NCBI GenBank assembly: GCA_018985225.1
Contig: JADGIF010000153.1
Location: 1 to 16,773, forward strand
Direction: 5' to 3'
Length of the DNA stretch: 16,773 nucleotides
From: Amoeboradix gromovi X-113
Lineage: Eukaryota > Fungi > Sanchytriomycota
Part shown: piece by piece, positions 8,241-16,087 of the stretch
Layout of the letters: each line of letters starts with the position of its first letter
How positions within the stretch are numbered: the first letter of the stretch is position 1
Notes under the pieces: model-generated
Seen by the model: only the letters and a program-made list of their open reading frames with translations
What the model was told of the DNA's origin: nothing
Databases searched by the model: none
Translations under genes and position numbers: made by a program

Positions 8241-8722
8241 GCGCGAAGAGGCAGATCGAAAAGGGATCTTGAAGATACGTGGTCCTGAATTTTTTAGGCC
8301 AGCTCTGGAAGGTGAGAACGCTACTGGTATCACACTCCAGAAGTTAAGAAACCTTTCAAGATGCAAGACGCTATATGCCTTGAGGATAAGCCATGGGTGT
8401 TAATACACCGGAAATGATATGCGACGAAGCCCTGACTGAGTTGGTAGTCAAGCACAAGGAACAACTCTTCAAAAGTAGGAAGGCTACATACCGCCAGGAA
8501 GAATATTCCAGAGGTAGCCGGTACTATCATTATTTCAAAGACAAGGTTGGGAAAGTCTTACCTCCATAGATGTTCAAGGGTGCGGAAACAAACCATCCAA
8601 GAAGATCAAGGCTATTGCTCTAAATCCAGGTGTCCGGAAGTCTCTTGCACGATATAATGGGGAAGGTGATCGAGATCGATGATAGAGACCTGAATGTCAT
8701 AACAAAGGTGCTTGTTAAGACA
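8164..8722 (+). pseudogene. Fanzor2/TnpB pseudogene B (multiple frameshifts and deletions; RuvC-II/III deleted)
   Basis: Across frames: K/R-rich N-terminus MEEKVLEK...KKLKRVKR...ILKIR, PWV-NTPEMICDEAL, LFKSRK, IIISKTRLGKSYL, KIKAIALNPGVRKSLARYNG (8611-8660; D-to-N form of IALDPGVRKFLTGYD), GKVIEI. Confidence 0.8.
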
Positions 8723-8857
8723 CTTGCCGCCTCTGGCCTTGGATACCTTGGGGACTCATGCAGTTGTTAGTTTAGCACTAACGATAATGAGAAAGAGAAA
8801 TTGTGCATTATGTACAATTTCGGTGATTTTCTTGAGGAGATGATAGAGAAAACTGTA
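8723..8857 (+). ncRNA. Putative Fanzor omegaRNA B (scaffold about 8723-8837, guide from 8838)
   Basis: CCGCCTC (8727-8733); hairpin CTCAT..TTGTTAGT-TTAGC-ACTAACGA..ATGAG (8755-8791); hairpin GAAATTGTGCA-TTA-TGTACAATTTC (8797-8821); then GATTTTCTTGAGG (to 8837). Confidence 0.62.
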
Positions 8858-8951
8858 TATCGCCAAAGCAAGATGATAAAATATGAGCCGTTTCCCTCAA
8901 TTCTAGAAGCTACTTTTTACAGTGTGTGTCCCAAGTTTAAAGTATTAACAT

Positions 8952-10562
8952 TTACTTTTCAATCACTCTTTTAATATCCTCATATCCTATCAGGACCACA
9001 TCTTGTATTTTTTCATTCAACAAATAGGTATTTCTTGCCAATTCTAAACTATCATCAGTCACCTTTTGGGTCGTGATGAAATAAAATTTACCCAATGTGT
9101 AGTCTGTGTATTTTTTTTTGATTTTCTGCCAATTTCGAGCAGCCTTGGTTAAAATATCCTTCATATTTCTTGCTTGCTTATTTGTCATCGCCGCAATGTT
9201 ATCATCATCAATTTTGTGCTCTAAAGGTATCTTTCCATTATATCCATCAGTCCATCTTTTTTTTTTATCACCACATTTTATTTGAATAATGTGAATTTTC
9301 CTTTCGTTGACAACAAATCCATCCATGTCGTTATCTTCGGCACCCGTAATTTGGTAAACGCCATCAACTAGTTCTGTACCTTCTTGTTCACGATACTCGC
9401 CTATTTGTAAATCGTCAGAGTGCTTTAAGATTACAGATTCCATATAGTGACCCAGTGAAGTAAATTTCTTTTCAGTCAACAAATTAAAGACCAAGAAATC
9501 CAAATAATCACTTTTCAATTTAAAATAATTCACTATATACGTGATTGTAAATGGCAACAGCAATTGTAATTCCTGTATACCGGAAGAATGAAAAAAGTAC
9601 GACTCTTGATATTCAGAAATGCATGCGTAAAACTCGCCTGGGAGAGACTGGCTAGTAAACAATTCTGCCCATTTTAGAGTTATAATCGATAACGGATTGC
9701 TATCGTCATATTTCAGATAAAACATGGTTAAAATTGAAGCCAAGGTATCATTTTTATTGATATAAGTCCCAAAGTCTTTTTCGGAAATACACTCATCATT
9801 AACCGAATTCATGTATCTGGGAATGCCACCTGTTTTCCAAAGAATATCAGCAGCAGCACCTAAAGCGACTCCGCAATAATTTGCTATTTGGTTTGCCTCT
9901 CTCAATGGATAAACGTATTTCCTTGTATATACTGTGTTGTTCAAATTGGCGTAATCAGGTTTATCACTAAATGCATATTTGTCCAGTTTGTATGAGCTAC
10001 TGGATATGAACCCCAGCACGGTTGTAGATTTGCCAATGACATACAACTGGTAGATGATTTCTTGGCTAGATGTTTTGTCGTTTAACTCATAAACATGATG
10101 AATTTCATCTGCAAAGAAAAACAGTCTGAAGCCTTGAGCTCTAAGAGCTGCAAACCAGTCAAGTTTCTGATCATAGTCATCGTGTTTTAAATTGCAGCCT
10201 TTTTTCTCAAGCCAATTCTGTATTTTATCAAACGGTGAAGTTAATTTTGACAATGGCTGAGACATATCCGAGTAGAAACTCTGTGCATTTAATTTCTTTT
10301 CCTCAAAATATATGTTGAGCAGTGAATTCATATTTCTCATCAACCATGTCTTGCCTGTACCTCTAGCACCAACAATAGCATAGTTTGGTTTTTGATTTTC
10401 CTGATTTAAATTTAGCATTTTTTGAACACCATCAGAGATATCTTTAACTAGGGCTCTCACATCTTTTGTAGAGAAAAGAGGCTTTGAGCCCAGTGTTTCC
10501 CATTTAGAAACTATATGATCATTGACAGCTGAAATATGCAAATTAGATAAATCTTCTTCCAT
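8952..10562 (-). CDS. Crinkler-like (CR-type) P-loop NTPase fused to a PD-(D/E)xK restriction-endonuclease-like domain
   Basis: Walker A IVGARGTGKT, Walker B LFFFADEIH, helical-domain TGGIPRYM. C-terminal GHYMESVI ... DMDGFVV ... IHIIQIKCG ... FYFITT, an E..D..QxK REase pattern. Confidence 0.7.
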   Translation of the reverse strand: MEEDLSNLHISAVNDHIVSKWETLGSKPLFSTKDVRALVKDISDGVQKMLNLNQENQKPNYAIVGARGTGKTWLMRNMNSLLNIYFEEKKLNAQSFYSDMSQPLSKLTSPFDKIQNWLEKKGCNLKHDDYDQKLDWFAALRAQGFRLFFFADEIHHVYELNDKTSSQEIIYQLYVIGKSTTVLGFISSSSYKLDKYAFSDKPDYANLNNTVYTRKYVYPLREANQIANYCGVALGAAADILWKTGGIPRYMNSVNDECISEKDFGTYINKNDTLASILTMFYLKYDDSNPLSIITLKWAELFTSQSLPGEFYACISEYQESYFFHSSGIQELQLLLPFTITYIVNYFKLKSDYLDFLVFNLLTEKKFTSLGHYMESVILKHSDDLQIGEYREQEGTELVDGVYQITGAEDNDMDGFVVNERKIHIIQIKCGDKKKRWTDGYNGKIPLEHKIDDDNIAAMTNKQARNMKDILTKAARNWQKIKKKYTDYTLGKFYFITTQKVTDDSLELARNTYLLNEKIQDVVLIGYEDIKRVIEK

Positions 10563-10642
10563 TTTACGTGTTTGATAAAAAGTTTCAAAATACAGAGCAA
10601 ATTGGATTCACAGAGCTGTCGAGAATTTGGAATTAAAGAGCA

Positions 10643-10728
10643 CCGATATTTGTACAATTATCAGATACATCACCAACGACGAGGATGATATTGAATCCTC
10701 GTAACGGGGAGCTTTCGTTAAATATCGG
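10643..10728. other. Multibranched inverted-repeat element of unknown function
   Basis: A perfect 9-bp outer stem CCGATATTT (10643-10651)/AAATATCGG (10720-10728) encloses a perfect 8-bp stem ACGAGGAT/ATCCTCGT (10679-10702) and an AACG/CGTT hairpin (10703-10719). Confidence 0.45.
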
Positions 10729-10846
10729 AGGCCGCCATCAGACAAGAGTTGGTGCAGCTTTGAATGAAAATATCTTGGCTATTGTCTGTCCAAAAGATGG
10801 CTTATTCAATTAGGCTTTAATGTAAGGATGTCCATAGACAAGTCAT

Positions 10847-11335
10847 TTAATTTGAAGGCAATGCTCTTTCGCCTGATAAAGAAGAGCGATTAAATATTTT
10901 TAGCTTATCAACTACCATAAAAACATGAAATTCTTCTCGGATGTATAATAACACACGACTCGGGTCTCTTTTCTTTCTTTCAAACAACGTTGTTGGGACA
11001 AGTGCATTAGATACAAATAAATAATCAGTCCAATTCAAATCATCTTCAATAAGTGTATGCCGTTCTATAAGCAAATCGTTTACTTTGTCTCTTACAAAAT
11101 ACAGCGCCAGGATATTCAATCTGAAATACAGAAAAGTGATACTGTGCAATACTTGAAATATCATAAAATATAAGATCATGTTTGTTTAGAACCTCTGTGA
11201 TATCAGTTGATGCTACTCAACGCAGTATTGGTGTTAAATTACTACCACTTTTTGATCGGAAGATAGCAAATTCTTCAAATCCAATCATAAGGGACATACA
11301 AACTAGTGTTTTAGAAGTGCCACAATTTTTGCTGT
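10847..11335 (-). pseudogene. Possible decayed paralog of the CR-type NTPase
   Basis: Degenerate Walker A-like CGTSKT (ORF 11217..11498) upstream of Walker B-like VFMVVDKL (ORF 10847..11179), on the same strand and in the same order as the adjacent intact gene. Confidence 0.3.
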
Positions 11336-12343
11336 TTAAAACGTTATTGTAGAAGATTGCACAATAAATTGTGGCAAAACACGAGATAATAACAGAAAGA
11401 TGCATAGCACATTGTAACATTAATAGATGTTTAAATGCATTTATCTTCTTTCTACATCGATACGAGTGTAATATTGTAGAGCATAGATTCGGGTACATTA
11501 AGTGGTGTTTTAATAACTGACGAGGCTACTTTTAATTTAGAAAAACTCAAGGACTTTATGATGGAGAGCCAATTGCGTTTACTGAAGAAAGATACAATGA
11601 GTCACTAGAAGATGAATTTACTAATTGCGGTTCTTTTAGATCCAAGCAGTAGTAATCCAAAATCAATTGATCAACTGCTGCTCTGCGACAGAGATTCTCA
11701 CTAAACCATGTTCCATCGAGTCGTATCCTAATACGATGGCATCACCTTATTTAAAGTAATATCAACATTTTGGTACAAGCATATCATATCCACATGTTTA
11801 AGTGTTCTGAACCAATTTTTGACAGCAGAGTACTATATTACTGAGAACTAGTCATATAGCGCCAGTGAAACAATTGGTTGTTTTTGGAACAGATATAAAG
11901 TAACGAAACTGTATAGAATTCATGGAATTCTAACAGATATCAGACCCAGATTCAGCGAAAAATTAAAGTCGGCAGAACAAGAAGATTCTTTTGAATGATA
12001 CAAAGAGAAGAGCACATTTTGTTCAGTTTAAATTAAATCAATTTATTGAGTACACCATACTTGAGTCAAATTGGCCTTAGGGTAAGATTAATCTGGTTAA
12101 ATTCGTTGAGCTGAATCCTTCTTGGATTATATTAATCTGAACTTACATGTCCAGTAAGTTCACCATATCAGACATTAACCTCTCCTGAGCATTCTTGTAC
12201 TATCAATTGTTTAGTGTTATATGGATGACCTGATAAAACTTGCTTATCGTTGGTTGGGCACCTATTTTTATGGGCTTGTATATCCAAGTGCTCAATATAG
12301 CCTTTTTCTTTTTGTGCCCCTCCAGTCTACTTTTCACACAAGC

Positions 12344-14122
12344 ATGTCCCAAATGTCTATCGTAAATAGATATAAATTGAGAAAGAGAGAATCTAGCACC
12401 GAAGATGAAAACGGCTCAGGTTCTGATGATAATTTTATTGTAGAGTCACACAGCAACTCTACTGAGAAACTAGGAAGCAATGAATTTTATGTTGAACAAA
12501 TCCTGGACAGTAAATACGATGCTAGAAAGAAGAGATTCCAATACTATATAAAATGGGAAGGCTTCTCTGATTCCGAAAACACCTGGGAAGATGAAAGAAA
12601 CGTGAGTAAAGAAGTAATTTCTTCTTATTTTCAACAGATTAAAAAAGACGCATACTCTCAAGTACAAGAAGCTCAAAAAGATAGTAACCGAAATAGGTTG
12701 CAATACAAAAAGTCGCTACTTATCTTGGAAAGAATTCATAACTTCATTAAGAGGTGCAATTGTCACACTTCCAATGATTATATCCTAGATGTAGTCAAAC
12801 AGATATTGTGCGGATTAGATCAAGATACATATGAATGTTTTGAACCAACAGGATACACTGTATTAAGTATAAATAGATTTAAAGACATTCTCAGTGATAT
12901 GAACTGCAAAGTTGCTGTTCGTTTATCAAAAAATAATGAGGTTTCCGAACAAGTTTGGGATTGGACTAAAGCTTTGGAGATATGCCCCAAAGAATTGTCG
13001 CTATACTTTCTCGAAAAGCTCGGTATTCGACATAATCCAAAAGACCCGAATATTGATGAAATTTCCATAGAAGCAGCTGTAAATCCACTGCCGCAGCTAC
13101 TTGATGTGAATCATAGTTCTGATAAACGTTATACTACAGAGACAATACATAACTTTCATATGAACGATTTTCATTTTAATTCAAAAACAACTGACTCATT
13201 AGCTGTGAATACCGTTGATTCAAGTAGCCAGTCTAATCTATCTAATCTGGATGGCATTATCGATATCCAACATTCTATTCAGATGGAGCAACACATTCTC
13301 CGAAATATGCCTAAATACACGGCAGAGGCTTCTGATAAAAATAGCAGATCTCGCAGTGTAGGGAGTCATAGGCATCTATCTAGCTTTCCCACTCTCAGTA
13401 CATTAGAAAGACCGGTGACAAGATCTAGAAGCGCGTCTAAGCATTCCGCACCTTCAAATAATCAATTTGAAAAACAAACGACAATTGAACCCGATAAAGC
13501 GTTTCTACTGCCTAGTTACGCTACTGTTAATTGCCAAAGCTGTGATTCGAGCGATGAATCAAACACTAGCACAAATGAGGACCTTGAAAGAGTCACCAAT
13601 TGCAGATTTAATGGGCTACACAAAATACGAAGAGATGTACCCGCGATATCTCCAATAACTCCGCTCCCTTCTAGACACTCATCAGTTGATCAACCACTTG
13701 AAATTTGCAGACAATCTGCAAGTACTACTCTGCTCGAACCTGGAGAGATGAAAACCTCTCCAATAGAATCGCTCAATAAAATTACTCCATTCAAATCTGA
13801 ACATATCCTAGACAATTCATTAAATGGCAGTTCTAGCAGGTCAATGAATATAAACCTTAGACATATACCATCTAAAATAAAGGACAAGCGTTCTCTTACC
13901 GCTACTATCAAATCCGGTAGTAGCCCAGTTAAATCTTCAATTATCCCATCGCTAAGGAAATCTTTGGTTGAACACTCACTATTGAAGCACCCCGAAGATG
14001 GTGTCAAATTACTCAAGACACCTAAGAGAAATAATAAATCAATAGGTTCCATTAGAAATCATAGGGTGACTAACATCAATGACACTGCGGACAATAACGT
14101 GTCTAAATATGAAGATTTGTAA
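12344..14122 (+). CDS. Chromodomain protein, HP1/Swi6-like (chromo + probable chromoshadow + long Ser-rich disordered tail)
   Basis: An acidic leader precedes EFYVEQILDSKYDARKKRFQYYIKWEGFSDSENTWEDERNV (aromatic cage intact, about 12482-12605). FEPT...KALEICPKELSLYFLEKL (about 12839-13021) resembles the chromoshadow end ANxKCPQhVIxFYEERL. ATG 12344 is preferred over 12221. Confidence 0.75.
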   Translation: MSQMSIVNRYKLRKRESSTEDENGSGSDDNFIVESHSNSTEKLGSNEFYVEQILDSKYDARKKRFQYYIKWEGFSDSENTWEDERNVSKEVISSYFQQIKKDAYSQVQEAQKDSNRNRLQYKKSLLILERIHNFIKRCNCHTSNDYILDVVKQILCGLDQDTYECFEPTGYTVLSINRFKDILSDMNCKVAVRLSKNNEVSEQVWDWTKALEICPKELSLYFLEKLGIRHNPKDPNIDEISIEAAVNPLPQLLDVNHSSDKRYTTETIHNFHMNDFHFNSKTTDSLAVNTVDSSSQSNLSNLDGIIDIQHSIQMEQHILRNMPKYTAEASDKNSRSRSVGSHRHLSSFPTLSTLERPVTRSRSASKHSAPSNNQFEKQTTIEPDKAFLLPSYATVNCQSCDSSDESNTSTNEDLERVTNCRFNGLHKIRRDVPAISPITPLPSRHSSVDQPLEICRQSASTTLLEPGEMKTSPIESLNKITPFKSEHILDNSLNGSSSRSMNINLRHIPSKIKDKRSLTATIKSGSSPVKSSIIPSLRKSLVEHSLLKHPEDGVKLLKTPKRNNKSIGSIRNHRVTNINDTADNNVSKYEDL

Positions 14123-14273
14123 ACTAATAAGCCCACGCATATCACTGAAATCTACTAATTTGGCAAGAAATGAAAAAATGCAATCCTGACTATAATTAGG
14201 CTCGGATAAAAGAATCTCAACTGTTTAAGTAAAGAGTAAATAGACTTTTAATATTTGAGTAATTTATTGTGAC

Positions 14274-14640
14274 TATAAGAATTCTGTCATTCCAACAGAA
14301 TTTTTCCATAATTTTCTGATTACATTGACGCGGTGGATTCGTTCTTTTCATGTGTTGGGGATGTCTCCAAATCATCTCAGTCCGAGTTTGTCAAATCTCA
14401 AGACATCATCTAGTGATGTAAAAGCACTCTTCCAACTATCATTTGGAAGCTAATGGGAGACCATACAGCACCAGGGACCATACATTTAGAGTGTGTGCAT
14501 CCTTGCTGCATCCAGACCCATAGTAGCAAAGTGTGAGGAGTCACTGTAGCGGCTCGACTAGTGCTTTCAATTTCTCTGTAAAGATCTCTGGTTTATCGTA
14601 ATCGAACAGTTCTAATGAGGGGAATATCCTATTTGTGCTA
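14274..14640 (-). pseudogene. Possible decayed coding fragment (P-loop-like GSGCSK)
   Basis: The minus strand reads RIFPSLELFDYDKPEIFTEKLKALVEPLQ*LLTLCYYGSGCSKDAHTL..., protein-like but interrupted by stops and frameshifts. Family not established. Confidence 0.22.
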
Positions 14641-14683
14641 ACCTTCAAACATCTTCAAAAAGAGGGTGTTGTCATAGGAGTTC

Positions 14684-16087
14684 ATGTTTTTAGAAGCAGT
14701 ATATGTTGCGACATTTTCGATACTAATAGCACTAGGAATATTTGCCTTATACCAGTCCAGGCATTACCAAAATAAAACAAAATCTGATTACACGAGCCCC
14801 AAAAAACATTCTACAATAAAAGTTATGTGGTCCATGTATTCCGCCAGTGTAGGGTCATGGGTGAGTGTGGCACCTAGCCAATATGCTAGCTTTGCAGGAA
14901 TTTTGGGGCTGGTAATGTATGCTTTTAGTTCAGCAATTCCGATAAGTATCGTCTCAGTAATGAGTGGTAAAATGAGCGAAAGTAGTTCTATGAATGAGTA
15001 CATAGGTAAGAGATTTGGTAAGCATTCTCAAGTTTTTGTTATTATAGTATCAATTCTGAACATGGGCATTGCCTTGGTCGCAGAGTACACAACAATCGGG
15101 TCAATATTTCAAAATGTAGTGCAAAGTTCACCCGTGCCATCCATGATACTGATTGGGTTAGTTACTATGTCATACACTAGTATTGGAGGTGTAGCTGTAT
15201 CTGTTGTTACTGATCAGGTCCTGGCAGTTTTGACAATGATACTACTCCTTACGACGCTAGTTTATATATTAGTTAATTTTAGGCCTATTTTACCACCTTT
15301 ACCCGCAAGCATGGGAATTAATGAGGCAGGGTTATCGTCAATATTGACAATGCCAGTTTCAATGATATCTTCAACTATATTTAGTGAATCTATGTGGCAG
15401 AGAGTTGAAGCTTCAGAGAACAGAAGGTCACTTTATATATCTGCCTTTTTTGCCTCCATAATAGTTTTTATTGTTTTGATGTTTTACGGTTTGGTGGGAT
15501 TCTTTGTAACTTGGGCCGAGTTGTCTGCAGATCCCAATACCTTGTTTTTTCACATATTCAGTGACACAGAGAGCTGGATAGCTGTCGTTTCGATTGTTAT
15601 ATCATCCATGATGAGTCAATCTGCTATTGATTCCTTGCAAAATGCACTTGTTGCATCAGTTTGCAGCAATATAATCCCTTGCACAATATCTTTCGCTAGA
15701 TTTGCTGTGTTTTTAATCAACGTACCGGCTATTTTGATTAGCTTACAGATGTACCCAATAATGAATTTGTACTTGATGGTTAACTTGATTACGGCAAGTT
15801 GTGTGGCACCCTTACTACTAGGTCTCTTAGACATACAATATTATAGGGGATGGGCATTTATTGCCTCTTGCTTAATGGGAATGTTGGGTGTCTCATTAGT
15901 TGGTATCATAGAAACGGGATCATTAACTCATGGAATGCAACTGTCATGGATTGGAAATGAGTTTAACTACAAATATTTTGTAGCAGCATTAACTGTCTCT
16001 GCGGGTTGCGTTTTTCTATTTTCTACGATTTTAGGTGCTTTACAGCGCAAAACTTTCAGCATACCAGCCACACTTGAAAAGCTTTAA
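14684..16087 (+). CDS. Sodium:solute symporter (SSS/SLC5-like) membrane transporter
   Basis: About 13 hydrophobic segments; SASVGSW, EYIGKRFG, YTSIGGVAVSVVTDQV, MWQRV, SAIDSLQNAL motifs typical of the SSS family. Confidence 0.85.
   Translation: MFLEAVYVATFSILIALGIFALYQSRHYQNKTKSDYTSPKKHSTIKVMWSMYSASVGSWVSVAPSQYASFAGILGLVMYAFSSAIPISIVSVMSGKMSESSSMNEYIGKRFGKHSQVFVIIVSILNMGIALVAEYTTIGSIFQNVVQSSPVPSMILIGLVTMSYTSIGGVAVSVVTDQVLAVLTMILLLTTLVYILVNFRPILPPLPASMGINEAGLSSILTMPVSMISSTIFSESMWQRVEASENRRSLYISAFFASIIVFIVLMFYGLVGFFVTWAELSADPNTLFFHIFSDTESWIAVVSIVISSMMSQSAIDSLQNALVASVCSNIIPCTISFARFAVFLINVPAILISLQMYPIMNLYLMVNLITASCVAPLLLGLLDIQYYRGWAFIASCLMGMLGVSLVGIIETGSLTHGMQLSWIGNEFNYKYFVAALTVSAGCVFLFSTILGALQRKTFSIPATLEKL

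Larger units (their letters stand above)
7344..8837. mobile_element. Two decayed IS607-family Fanzor2 elements fused head-to-head, each with its right end facing outward
   Basis: Minus-strand Fanzor remnant (7349-8045), plus-strand TnpA C-terminus (8040-8240) and Fanzor remnant (8164-8722). Matching structured termini end in GAGG at 7344-7347 (minus) and 8834-8837 (plus). Confidence 0.8.

Noticed and set aside
8046-8366. N-terminal part of minus ORF 7950..8366 as the true Fanzor A N-terminus
   Set aside because: It is the antisense shadow of the plus-strand TnpA/Fanzor B fragments. Only the last ~30 codons are Fanzor-like.
8678-8688. 11-nt match (GATGATAGAGA) between putative guide B and Fanzor B itself, suggesting self-targeting
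   Set aside because: Short and low-complexity, so chance cannot be excluded; TAM and guide start are unknown.
8681-8695. DRDLN in copy B as the RuvC-III motif
   Set aside because: It directly follows the GKVIEI strand after RuvC-I and lacks the following AxxNI; more likely coincidental.
10700-10742. Hammerhead ribozyme (CTGATG...CGAAA), tRNA, 5S or U1 snRNA identity for the structured element
   Set aside because: The core lacks CUGANGA with an adjacent stem II-GAAA, and there is no T-loop/D-loop, no ACTTACC 5' end and no extended 5S match.
12221-14122. Chromodomain as part of a chromovirus (Ty3/Gypsy) integrase
   Set aside because: The chromodomain is N-terminal, and there are no integrase, RT or LTR features nearby.
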